From Trypanosoma brucei (Eukaryota), in contig CM000208.1 in assembly GCA_000002445.1 (NCBI GenBank), forward strand, positions 1,248,001 to 1,312,000: a stretch of DNA of 64,000 bases, written 5' to 3'. Within the stretch, counting starts at the first letter, position 1, and each line of letters opens with the position of its first letter. This document shows, piece by piece, positions 46,292 to 56,571 of the stretch. The notes below the pieces were generated by a model. That model did no database searches. It was not told where the DNA came from and saw nothing but the letters and a program-made list of their open reading frames with translations. The position numbers and the translations under genes are program-made.

Positions 46292-47104
46292 ATGAGCAGT
46301 TCTGAACACGATAGTCGTGTTGCGTACTGTAAGGAGCATAATGTGCATCATCTCTTTGAGCTCATGGCTTCCAGGTTGCTAGTTGAGCGCCCCGAGAACC
46401 CTTTTGAATACCTTCGGGAGTTGCTGGTCACGGTGGAGAACTCCAAGAAGCAAACAGCACATGATCCCACAATGCTTCCGTCGTCGCCATTGGGGGCGAA
46501 GGACAAGCTGACGAAGATCACAATAGGCACATTTGGTATTGAGAATGCCGGCAAAACAACGATCATTTCTGCTTTGGGAGGAAATATTGAGAAGAATCCT
46601 ATGCCTACCGTCGGATTCACTCCTACAAGATTCCAGACGGATAGGTGCGATCTTTGCATCTTCGACCTTGGCGGAGGCGCCAACTTTCGAGGAATTTGGG
46701 TTCACTATTTCCACGACTGTCATGGTTTCATGTTCGTCATCGACTCTGCAGCGGATGATGCGGTTGTGGAGGAATCCCTCAATGCACTTCGCACTGTAGC
46801 GCAGCACAAGCATGTGCGTGGCAAGCCGGTGCTGGTGCTGGCTAACAAAAAGGACTTAAAGAGTAGCAGAGGCGTTGAGATTGTTTCTGAAGGCCTCTTG
46901 GAGGAACTCTTTGGGGATGTTTCTCTCTACCATCTAGTGCCTTCATGTGGCATTGAGGAGGATCCTGAACTGGAGAAGGGCGTTGATTGGCTATTGACGA
47001 AGATACAGAAGGAATATACTCACATTGATAAGTTGGTGGAAAGTCAGACGCTGGAGGTAAAAATGGAGGCGGAACAAAAGAGGAAGAAGTTGCTTGAAGA
47101 ATAG
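46292..47104 (+). CDS. ARF-like small GTPase (ARL) with an N-terminal RIIa/DPY-30-like dimerisation-docking helix and a C-terminal coiled-coil tail.
   Basis: G1 GIENAGKTT; switch I PTVGFT; G3 FDLGGGANFRGIW (non-canonical, against the DVGGQ consensus); G4 NKKD; G5 SCG. The N-terminal VAYCKEHNVHHLFELMASRLLVERPENPFEYLRELL matches the RIIa/DPY-30 pattern. Confidence 0.85.
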   Translation: MSSSEHDSRVAYCKEHNVHHLFELMASRLLVERPENPFEYLRELLVTVENSKKQTAHDPTMLPSSPLGAKDKLTKITIGTFGIENAGKTTIISALGGNIEKNPMPTVGFTPTRFQTDRCDLCIFDLGGGANFRGIWVHYFHDCHGFMFVIDSAADDAVVEESLNALRTVAQHKHVRGKPVLVLANKKDLKSSRGVEIVSEGLLEELFGDVSLYHLVPSCGIEEDPELEKGVDWLLTKIQKEYTHIDKLVESQTLEVKMEAEQKRKKLLEE

Positions 47105-48356
47105 AGAAACAGCTGATGTGTTTTACATTGCCCGTAAGGGAGAAGGCGGGCACTGTTAATCATAGAGGACACATGCATGGGGAAGTTGCTGCTCGTGTGA
47201 GTAACATATTGACAGTGACATTAGAAGCGAGTGCGGGCATTTATTGTTCTTCGGTGCTAAACTCTAGTGAGTACGTTTCGGTGAGTTGTGAACTGATGTG
47301 GGCGTTCCCTTGTGTTGTGATACTGCATTTCTCCGCCTTTCGACTTGTTTGTATGAAAACTACATTTGTAGTTGCCACTATCACACTATTGTGCGTCGAC
47401 GTGCCAACACTTTTTCTTTGTCATCTGTTTTGCTTTTTTTTTTCGTTTCTCTTCAAACATCCTTTTCGGTGTTCGTGCACCGCTCATCCGATCGGTGGGG
47501 GTCTCGTTTTGTGCGATCTAATTTTCGATTAGCGGAGGTAGTGTTTCCTTTCCTTCCCCATAGGTGGATGGTTATCATTCCATTTCATCTTCTCTATTTT
47601 TAGTATTTTGATTATCCCTTAATGCCACTGCATGTGTTAATTCACTGTTTGCTGCCCACCGTTCTGCCACTTTTTTTTCCTTTCTCCTTCTTTTACTTTT
47701 TTAAACATTGTCTGTACTTACCCTTTGTCTCTCGGTAGGTGTAAAGAAGGGGTACTCTACACCAACTTTTTGTTAGCCTCCTTCTTAGTTTAAACTAGGG
47801 GTTCAGAATCCTTATTTTCCCCCTTCCCTCCCCCCCAAAAAAGGGAAAACAAAGCAAATCAAAGGAAGGGAGAAGGGGTTACGGAGTTAGATATATAGAT
47901 AGGGGGGAAAGTGAAGGTGTGTCCTCCTGCCGAGAAGTAAAGCAAAAAAGACAGGAAAGGTAGAATAGAAGTGGGAAAGGAAAGGAGGGCGCATCCCCGC
48001 CACTTAGCATTACACATTGTTCTATTTCACCCTTTTTTATTTCGAAATTTTTGTTGGTGTCGTTGTTATTGTTATTGTTATAATTTTTTTTTGTATTCTC
48101 TTTGTGTTATTGTGGCCCGCGTGCTTGTGTGGTGGGAGAGTGACATACGTACATTCAAGTTTTTGGTCGGCTCATTTCTTAGTTGGAGCGAGAGGACGTA
48201 CTTGCGCGCACGCACACACAAACAAACAAAAGGGTTGACAGACACAAAGCAACTCCATACATTGGTGTGGTGGAGGTTCGGGAGTATTTTATATAGCACT
48301 CCCCTACACTGTTATTTGCCTTTTCCTCCTTTTATCTCGCGTGTGGCTGAAATACG

Positions 48357-51300
48357 ATGACTTTAATTCCTCAAAACCCCTACCGAATGAGTTTCAGCAG
48401 ATGTAATAATGAGCGAAAAGCTTCAATTCCCTTGCAACCGACCAACACGAATGGGGGGATCAGTGCTGATAACACTGGTGTAGATCTTAAAGCTCATCGT
48501 GTGACTCCATTCACCACCACATTTGGACGGAGACACACCCTATATGGGGAGACAGAGATACGCGAGGCAAAGGAAACTTTAGCAAAGTTATTTGTGCCAG
48601 TGGCAAAGTTGGGAATGTACCGGCTGCGAAGAAGTAGACTGCACAAAAAGAATTCAGAGCTTCGGAGCTACACTATCGACTCCATTGTTCAGGCATACCG
48701 GAGTTCCAACTCAATAATCTCCACTTGGCCTATGGACGTGCTAACCTTGCTTGCTGAGGGAGCACAGTATCACTACTTAGAAGATGGCGAGGTGATTGTA
48801 TATGCGAGGGAATGGTACTTGTCGACTGGAATTATTGTTGTTCTCTTCGGTGAGGTGCAGGAGACGCTACCAAAATCTGAGAAAAACTTCACACCGAATA
48901 AGACGTCTGGTAACATACGGCACCCTGAGCGTTCCGTTTTATGCGAACAAACCGTTCTCTGTAGGGATTTTGCACCTTCGCGTCTAAAGGCGCACGGTTA
49001 TGCCGATGTAGCAGTAATACCCGCTCGCTGGGTTTGGGATGCCATCAATTACACCTCAATGGAGCCATTTGCTGAGGGGATGCTAGACTCTTTGAGAATG
49101 ACTGTTGCACCATTATGTGAAAGCGTTTTGGAACGAACGTACTTTCCCACCGCGTTGACGCTTCGTCGCAGTTGGCTTTGGTCTTTCTTCAGTGCAGGGG
49201 AGCGAATTCGTCTCGCACGCCTCATGGAGGTGAAGGTGTTTTGCGCTGGCGACACCCTGTTTGGTGAAGGGGACCGTAATCCGTACGTGTACATCATTCG
49301 CCGCGGTGCCGTTCGGGTTGTGGTGTGCAAGGAGCCCATTTTGGACTTTGGCCCCGGCGCAGCCTTCGGCGAGGTGAGTGTCATTTTTGATGAACCACGC
49401 TGCTGCCATGCGATTGCCACGTGTTTATGTGAAGTTTACTGTTTGCACCGTCGTCACATTATGAAGCGACTCAGGAAGAAGGCGCACGTGTGTGATAGCG
49501 TGATTGGAACAGCCCTGAGAAGGCGTGAGCAGTGGTTGGAGGACGCCAAGACAAGGCACGTGATGAGCCTTACTGTTTTGTTAGGAGGCGTCCCCTGTCT
49601 CAGTCAGGCGACAGAAAAGGTCCGAGCGGCCATAGCGGAGAAGGCCAAAACAGTGGTGCTGCCCCCGCGACAAGTGTTATTCAAAAAGGGAACCTTGTGC
49701 GATCATCTTTTCATTGTGGGGCGGGGAACCCTCTTAATGGAAGGTGCTGAAGATACTGTAGCGACTCGTACGTCAACGGGGTTTGTGGGTGAGTTGTTTC
49801 TCCATCCGCATTTGTGGCCCACAGACGTTACCTCCCTCACATCTGTTGATGGCTGGATGTTCCACGTTGATGTAGTGAAGGATGCGCTTGATAGCATAAA
49901 CGCAAGGGAACAGGCAGTTGACATATGCCGTCAGGGGATTGAACTTTATCGCGCTCAGTACGGGCCGGAAAGTGTTATGGAGCCAACCCCTGCACCCCGA
50001 AAGTTGGGTCCCGCGCGTAAAGGCACAACTGCCTTTTCTTCGGGGGCGAAGCAGTCAAATTCACTCCGTCAGAAGGGGCAACCCAGAAGTCCGTCACTTC
50101 CCAGCACGCCAAGGCTTGTAGCGGTAGCGAAGACTACTCCTGTGAAGGAGGAGCCACTGGAGAAGTTTGATTGGAACGCGTATGCAATCGAGGATAAGGT
50201 AGCGCTGCCCTCAGCGGACACGGATGAAAGTGATAAGCGCAGTGAACGGCAGCAGACCGAGCATGTCATTGAGGCTGAACTCGGTGGGCAGGCGGGGAGT
50301 TTGTTGTCCGCTGGTGTAGGGCTAGGAATTAGTGCTATTGACTGCGACTTTTCTGATGAGGTGGATGAGATGCGGCAAATGTTACTTGAGCAGGCCCTTC
50401 TAATACCTTCAAACAGACTACTGTTCTTCCTCAGGCAAATAAATCGCAGCAAGGTTACATTGGTGGTGGACGACGGTGCCGTTGTGACGGGAGAGTGTTC
50501 GTTAGAGACAACCGTGGGTGACGATCTGACGTTCCCCCAGTACGTCTTACCGCCCTCTGTTGTGTACACTTTAGACAATGTGAACACTTATAATGTGGAT
50601 GGCGCGCCATTTAACGGGGAGGACGTGCTAAACGACACCAACCGACAGTTAGCAGACGGAGTCGGTACGACTGCGCACCGACGAGCACGCACTCCCGAAG
50701 TTGCTCTTGTGACACCAGATTTTATGTCAACGTTTCGCTCCACCGATGAAATGGCAAATACAACCTTAAAGGGGCAACAGTTTGGCGGCCTTTCATTGTT
50801 CCTGCGGTCCGGTCGTCCATGTTCGGGGCTCAGTGGTAAGCACCATCTACAGCATTCATCGTCCCTTTATGGGACGCTGCGGCGTAGGAGTCTTAGCGGG
50901 GTGAGCAGAAATTATACTCCTTATCCCCAAACTCCTTTTACGCCTGATGTACACGGTTCGACACAGTACAGTTTCTCTAACATATACACAAGACTCAATA
51001 GCGTGGATTACACACAACAAGCGAAAATCACAGCTTCTGCACTCCAGTCTGCTCTTGATCGTTTTGTGAAACTGGACGACCAAAATTACTTTCAACAAGT
51101 GGTGCGTGTCTGCTTACCAACAGAGGCAGAGCAGCAGTTGATTACGGAAGAGGTTGGTAGTGGTGGTAAGAGTAGCTGTGACTTGATACTACTGCTGATG
51201 CACGTTAGGAAGTGTGAGGGCCTCCAGCTAAGTGACGATATGCAGTACCCTATTGTGAAGGTTTATACCAAGACGCGCGTCCTCATCAGAACGCCAATTA

Positions 51301-53465
51301 TGGAGGATCGTGTGGAACCGGACTGGCCGATTGAGGTGGCCTCTTTTATAACATTTATTCGCCGTGATGCTGACGTCAGCTTTTGCATCTGTGATGCGGG
51401 CCAGGAAGATAAGGTTGAATATACTGCCAACCTGGCCGCAGCTGACTTAGGAGAGAATAGGGGTGTTGGCCTTCGGAAGTTGGTCATGCATCGTGGGGCT
51501 ACGGAATCTAATGATGAAATCAATGAGACCAAAGCCACTATTGAGGTGTGCATGATGGCCGTTACTACTTCCAAGCACCACGCACTGCAGAAGCATCTTG
51601 ATGAGGAGGAGGACGCTTGCAAATCATCTGATGACTTTAGTGCAATCTACCTGCAGGTACTGGGGGTGAAAGGCTTAAAGCATCGTATAGAGGCTGCCGT
51701 CCATATTAGTGTGGAGATGGATGGGAAGACAAAAGAGGTTCTGCGCACCCATAAGATCGCACCCAAAACACGCTCTCCCGCGTGGCCGGGGCAAACCAGT
51801 TTTTGTGTTGCTCAGGGGGACGGTGTAATCAGTTTTGATCTTTTCCATCGCGACACGTTTGTGGCGTCGTACGATACTTCCGTCGACACTCTCGCATTTG
51901 GCGGTACCGGTGTGCAGTGTTTACCTCTCCTTCGCGCTCAGGGGACCGGCGGGGACCCCTATGGCGACTTGTATGTTTCCATTCTTGGAACCAAAACACC
52001 ATGTGGGGAGGAGGACGTCGTGGAGCGACCGTCGAAGTTGCTTGTCGTGCATGTGGAGGCGCTTTCTCTACGCCAAAATCTGGATTTAGAGTTTGTACCT
52101 GATCCATTTGTCATTATCCGGGGCCCCAAAGGGGAGGTAATTATGCGCACCGCAATGAACTTTGGTACGTATGAGGCGAAATGGTCGGAGGAACGTGCTT
52201 CTTGCTTCATCCTTTGCCCCTCGCTCCCCGGTTGCGTCGTAACGTATCACTTGGAGGTGTATGACAACAATGAGTCGAGCAAGATTGGTGAAGCAACAAT
52301 GACGGTTACCGTGAACGGCACAAAACGCAATCGTATGATGCTTGACATTGGGGGAAAGGGACTACTCACAGTGGTGGCTCATTCGTTTCCAATACAAGAT
52401 GTTATCAGCCACAGCCAACCGCCTGGATCAGGTCTTACCAATCACCTCACCGACACCTCCAGCTCTAGTATAGAAGAAGGTTACTTCTTGCAGGTTCATA
52501 TTTGTAGTTGTGAGAGCCTTCAGGGGACTGGGTTTGATGATTTCCAGATTGACCCTGTCGTAACTGCACGGGTTGGACGGAAGCGTATTGTAGTTGCACC
52601 ACTCGTGTCGGGCTGTACGGCACCCCAGTGGAAGTATCCGAAAGCCACTTTTGTCCTTCCGTTTGTCCCTGACGTTCTCAGCCATATCGTTTTGGAGGTT
52701 TGGGACACCAACATCGAGCTATGCGATGTTCTCGGCGTCGCCCGCCTTCCAATGGAAGAGATATGCCGAACTGGAACACACAAATACACTCTGCAGCCAC
52801 ATAAGGATCAAGAGTATGGTCGGCGCAGGGATTTAGGTACCATTGTGGTAAACACTCGGTTCGGTCGCGTAAATGGAGCTGTCGTTTCTAAGGAGTCGCC
52901 CTTGTTCTTTTCAGCGGGCTCTTCAGGCTCAGGTATCTTTCGGTCCCGTTTATTTCCTTCTACGAATAGGGGGCCAAACCTCCCCATCACTCGAGTCCGT
53001 TTGCACATATCCAGCTGCTGCTCTGCCGTATCCGCATGGCCTTTCGACTTTATAAAGGTGACATTAACATGCCTTCATCATGTTTTGCTTGAGGTGCGTA
53101 AATCCTGCAAAGATGAATTCTTCGTCGCATGGTCCGTTGATGATGCGCAAACTATCGTGGACCTTAGGGCCATATACGGACGATCCCTGCGACTCGCTGT
53201 TTCTGGTGGAAAGGAAGAGACTGGACGATTAACAACCCACATTGGCGCCGCGCATTTGCCCTTTTCAACGCTGGCATCAGCGTCCCCGGAGGTTGTCTCT
53301 GTGCGGAGTTTACCACTAGTAGACCAGGCAACTGAGGAACGGAGTAGCGGGAGTAGAAGTGGTCGGCGATGTGTAACTCCGAGTGTTTCAGCGCAGGAAC
53401 CTAGTATAACCGTGTCCCTTCTTGCGCTTGATTCTGACCACTCTGTGAGCTTGGGAAGTGAGTAG
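48357..53465 (+). CDS. Giant (1702 aa) protein with cyclic-nucleotide-binding domains and multiple C2-like domains.
   Basis: Two clear cNMP-binding domains with an FGE signature at about nt 49170-49470 (...GPGAAFGEVSVIF...) and a GEL signature at about 49560-49860 (...STGFVGELFL...). A degenerate N-terminal one is at about 48510-48870 (VLFGEV). There are three or more C2-like beta-sandwich segments (about 51640-51960, 52020-52230, 52480-52800). Confidence 0.85.
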   Translation: MTLIPQNPYRMSFSRCNNERKASIPLQPTNTNGGISADNTGVDLKAHRVTPFTTTFGRRHTLYGETEIREAKETLAKLFVPVAKLGMYRLRRSRLHKKNSELRSYTIDSIVQAYRSSNSIISTWPMDVLTLLAEGAQYHYLEDGEVIVYAREWYLSTGIIVVLFGEVQETLPKSEKNFTPNKTSGNIRHPERSVLCEQTVLCRDFAPSRLKAHGYADVAVIPARWVWDAINYTSMEPFAEGMLDSLRMTVAPLCESVLERTYFPTALTLRRSWLWSFFSAGERIRLARLMEVKVFCAGDTLFGEGDRNPYVYIIRRGAVRVVVCKEPILDFGPGAAFGEVSVIFDEPRCCHAIATCLCEVYCLHRRHIMKRLRKKAHVCDSVIGTALRRREQWLEDAKTRHVMSLTVLLGGVPCLSQATEKVRAAIAEKAKTVVLPPRQVLFKKGTLCDHLFIVGRGTLLMEGAEDTVATRTSTGFVGELFLHPHLWPTDVTSLTSVDGWMFHVDVVKDALDSINAREQAVDICRQGIELYRAQYGPESVMEPTPAPRKLGPARKGTTAFSSGAKQSNSLRQKGQPRSPSLPSTPRLVAVAKTTPVKEEPLEKFDWNAYAIEDKVALPSADTDESDKRSERQQTEHVIEAELGGQAGSLLSAGVGLGISAIDCDFSDEVDEMRQMLLEQALLIPSNRLLFFLRQINRSKVTLVVDDGAVVTGECSLETTVGDDLTFPQYVLPPSVVYTLDNVNTYNVDGAPFNGEDVLNDTNRQLADGVGTTAHRRARTPEVALVTPDFMSTFRSTDEMANTTLKGQQFGGLSLFLRSGRPCSGLSGKHHLQHSSSLYGTLRRRSLSGVSRNYTPYPQTPFTPDVHGSTQYSFSNIYTRLNSVDYTQQAKITASALQSALDRFVKLDDQNYFQQVVRVCLPTEAEQQLITEEVGSGGKSSCDLILLLMHVRKCEGLQLSDDMQYPIVKVYTKTRVLIRTPIMEDRVEPDWPIEVASFITFIRRDADVSFCICDAGQEDKVEYTANLAAADLGENRGVGLRKLVMHRGATESNDEINETKATIEVCMMAVTTSKHHALQKHLDEEEDACKSSDDFSAIYLQVLGVKGLKHRIEAAVHISVEMDGKTKEVLRTHKIAPKTRSPAWPGQTSFCVAQGDGVISFDLFHRDTFVASYDTSVDTLAFGGTGVQCLPLLRAQGTGGDPYGDLYVSILGTKTPCGEEDVVERPSKLLVVHVEALSLRQNLDLEFVPDPFVIIRGPKGEVIMRTAMNFGTYEAKWSEERASCFILCPSLPGCVVTYHLEVYDNNESSKIGEATMTVTVNGTKRNRMMLDIGGKGLLTVVAHSFPIQDVISHSQPPGSGLTNHLTDTSSSSIEEGYFLQVHICSCESLQGTGFDDFQIDPVVTARVGRKRIVVAPLVSGCTAPQWKYPKATFVLPFVPDVLSHIVLEVWDTNIELCDVLGVARLPMEEICRTGTHKYTLQPHKDQEYGRRRDLGTIVVNTRFGRVNGAVVSKESPLFFSAGSSGSGIFRSRLFPSTNRGPNLPITRVRLHISSCCSAVSAWPFDFIKVTLTCLHHVLLEVRKSCKDEFFVAWSVDDAQTIVDLRAIYGRSLRLAVSGGKEETGRLTTHIGAAHLPFSTLASASPEVVSVRSLPLVDQATEERSSGSRSGRRCVTPSVSAQEPSITVSLLALDSDHSVSLGSE

Positions 53466-53631
53466 CGTATGCATGACATCTCTTAAGTCACTAAAGTGTT
53501 CCCCTCTCGTTCCACACTGTTTCCCCAACCCATTTGATTAACTCCTTTTGGTTGCTTGGTGAGTACGTATGTGTGGTTTTTGCGTATCATTTTATTTTAC
53601 ACACTACTCCTTCCATTCCCTCCTCGGCTAC

Positions 53632-53635
<4 letters not shown>

Positions 53636-53664
<29 letters not shown>
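53636..53664. repeat. (TA)n microsatellite.
   Basis: atatatatatatatatatatatatatatat seen directly, just downstream of the giant cNMP/C2 gene. Confidence 0.9.
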
Positions 53665-53668
<4 letters not shown>

Positions 53669-56571
53669 CCTTCTGCACGCTAACATCCGCAGAACTGCTT
53701 ACTGCAGAATTTGGGCAGGTGTCACCACAGAATGTAACTACAGAGGTACGGGCGAGTGAGGGCCCTGGAGAGGAATGGTGATGCGCCCCACAAACTGCGC
53801 TATGTTTATTGTTACCATTATTATTTTCATTACCCCCACTACAGTTATCACTATTAATTCCCCTCCCGTTTTTTCCCTTCCTGCTCGTTGTCACCGCCTC
53901 CCCCAAACTCTCTGTTCGCACCTCACCTTTTTCTTTCCTTTCGTCTCTGCGTTTATCCGTCTACATTTTTGTTTCTTGATTCGCCTTTGACGTTGACTCT
54001 GAATTTTTTTGTATTTGGTTGCTTCTTTCCGAGTGTTTGATCGAAAATATCTTGCACATATAAATAAATAAATATTTATGTTTATTTGTTCGTTTGCCCA
54101 TGCGTGTGCTGAGGTGTGGTCGCTTCCCCTCCTTTTATTATTACCATTATCATTATGTTGTCATTGGTATTACTACTCTCCTGTTGGTGTCACTACGTTT
54201 TTTCTCAGTTTTTGCATTTTGAGAAAAATAGCGTTTTGATTCGTTGGAGCGGGGTGGTGGCGCGAACAAACAAACAAAAAAGAAACACAGAAAAAAGTAA
54301 GCACCAGCATTAACTCAGAATGAGAGAGTAATACACCTGCAGAATGCACGCACAAAACACAGGAAATGATACAAATCCAGTGAAATGAATGCGCAAAAAG
54401 ACTGAGAGAATCGAATATGTCTGAGCAGATAGTGAATATGCCACGTGCTCACGGAATTACATAGTCAAACGCACGCATTACTGAAAAGAAGAAAACCGCC
54501 CTACACTTTTCTTTTGTTCCCCACCCCCGCATTTATTTAACCGCACTCAAGCAATCATAAGTGGACATAAAGGTAAAAGAGTTGAGTATATGTATAAATA
54601 AATTCGTATATTTATAATTATGTAGGATAACTTATGTAAAAATGCAGACGGAGCTAACTAAGAGAGCGGGAGAAGAGAAGGAGAATGAACGGGGTGGCAC
54701 CTGAACGTTTTTTTTTTTCGTACATCGGCATATATATATATATATATATTTATTTATAAATATATACAAAACCGTTTCTGACGAAAGAGAAGAAAGCGAA
54801 GGAGGAAGGAAAAAAAGAGGGAAAGGAATTTATATACTTGTATATGTTTACTCGCGTGCACTTGCTGACTATGAGTAGATGGTTTAACCGCGTAGAAGGC
54901 TTCACCACACTTTTTAGGTCTTCTTCGTTTTCCCTCCCTTCCGTTCCTGTCGCTATATGTGTTCGCAATTCCCTTCATATTTTAATTATCTTCATCCTCA
55001 TTGTTGCCGTTGCCATTGTTGTGTCTTACTTCATTACATATATATATATATATGTACATGCACACTAACACACGTATTTGTTTTCTCTCTCTCTCCCTCT
55101 TCCTCTTAGTTTCTTTTTTCCTCTTCCCTATCCTTTGCTTAGCCGCTGCTTCTCTTATTGTTGCAACTGGCTGTAGAGTAGATGAGAGGAGTTAGGATCA
55201 TATCGACACCTGTGTGTCCGCATACGTGTGAACGAAATGTCTTTCTTAATACCAAACATACCTAAGACACGGAATATAATAGCATCACTTTTTTTTTTTT
55301 TAAAAAGGAAATAGTGTCAGTAGTGTCAACCATATTTGTGTGGCTTTACAACTACGCCTTCCCATGCGGGATGAGCTGCAAGAGAAGATTGTAAATAACG
55401 ATAATTAGAAGGAACGTACCAAAGATGATAAAGACAAAAAAACTTTTTTTTTCCCGTCTCTTCCTTTGAATGTGGGTTACCACCAGCCCTCAGAGGAGAT
55501 GAGGGATGTAGCGACTAAATGACCGAAAAAAAAGATGCACAGACATAAAAGTATGAAGGGGTATAACCAGTCAAACTTTGAGGGGAAAGGGGATAATTGC
55601 GGTCAAGGCGCCACTCTCGCGATAAATAATTAAATATAAATATCTGGTTTGATACACCTCTCGCTTCCTTCAAAAAGACATTTTTTTTTGCTTTTTGTTT
55701 TTTGTCAGCGTTTTGACTATTGTCATTGATTCTCTTATCGATAATTTGGCCTCATTTATATATCTCCGCTTTTTCACTTGCTTGAAAATTTTTTGTTTGA
55801 TTGTTTTTAGGTGAAGGGAAGTCAGAGTTTCTCTGGAAGCCGCAGCAGCAAAGAGGTATTGCCACCTATTTGTGGATTACTAAGAGTGCGCGCTTGCGTG
55901 GTGAACAGGGGGAACTGTCTTTTTTTCCCTTTTTCCTCCTTTGAGGGAAGAAAATAAAAAAAAAAGAAAAAGTAAAGACAAAAATAACCGGAAGACACAC
56001 CCGCCCACGCACACACACACACACAAAAAAAAACGAGGAAAGCAAAGAAAAGAGAAGAGTAAAGGGGGAAAAATAGCATCAAAAACAAAAGGACCAAGTG
56101 AAGGAAGGAACGTTGAACGATTTGCTTTGAGGTGAAGTGAGTGGCATTTTCTGCACATTCATATCACTAACTGACTCACTCATACATCTAAAACGAAGGA
56201 AAGAAAGAAAGGGAGGGAGTTTCAGGAAATTGTGTCGTGGTGAAAAGACGGAGAGGAATATATATATATATATATATATATATAAGGGTGTGGGAGCAGT
56301 TGCCGCTACTTGTGCTGTTCTCTAGTGTTTAATCGCATAGTAACGGCGCGGGAAACTTGCCCACCCCCTCTGCTGTCTCAGGTGGTTCAACTGTATTGAC
56401 TGAAGCTGGTGCTAATTCAGACCCCGGAGAAGCGAGCAGGTCGAGGGGAAGTGGAATATATTTAAGTATATTTATACCACAGGAAGATACGGGCAGAGGA
56501 AACGGCAGGGGTAAAAATTGTGGCAAAAAAACAGAGGAAAATAAAGGAATAAGAAGGGGAAGGAAAACATC

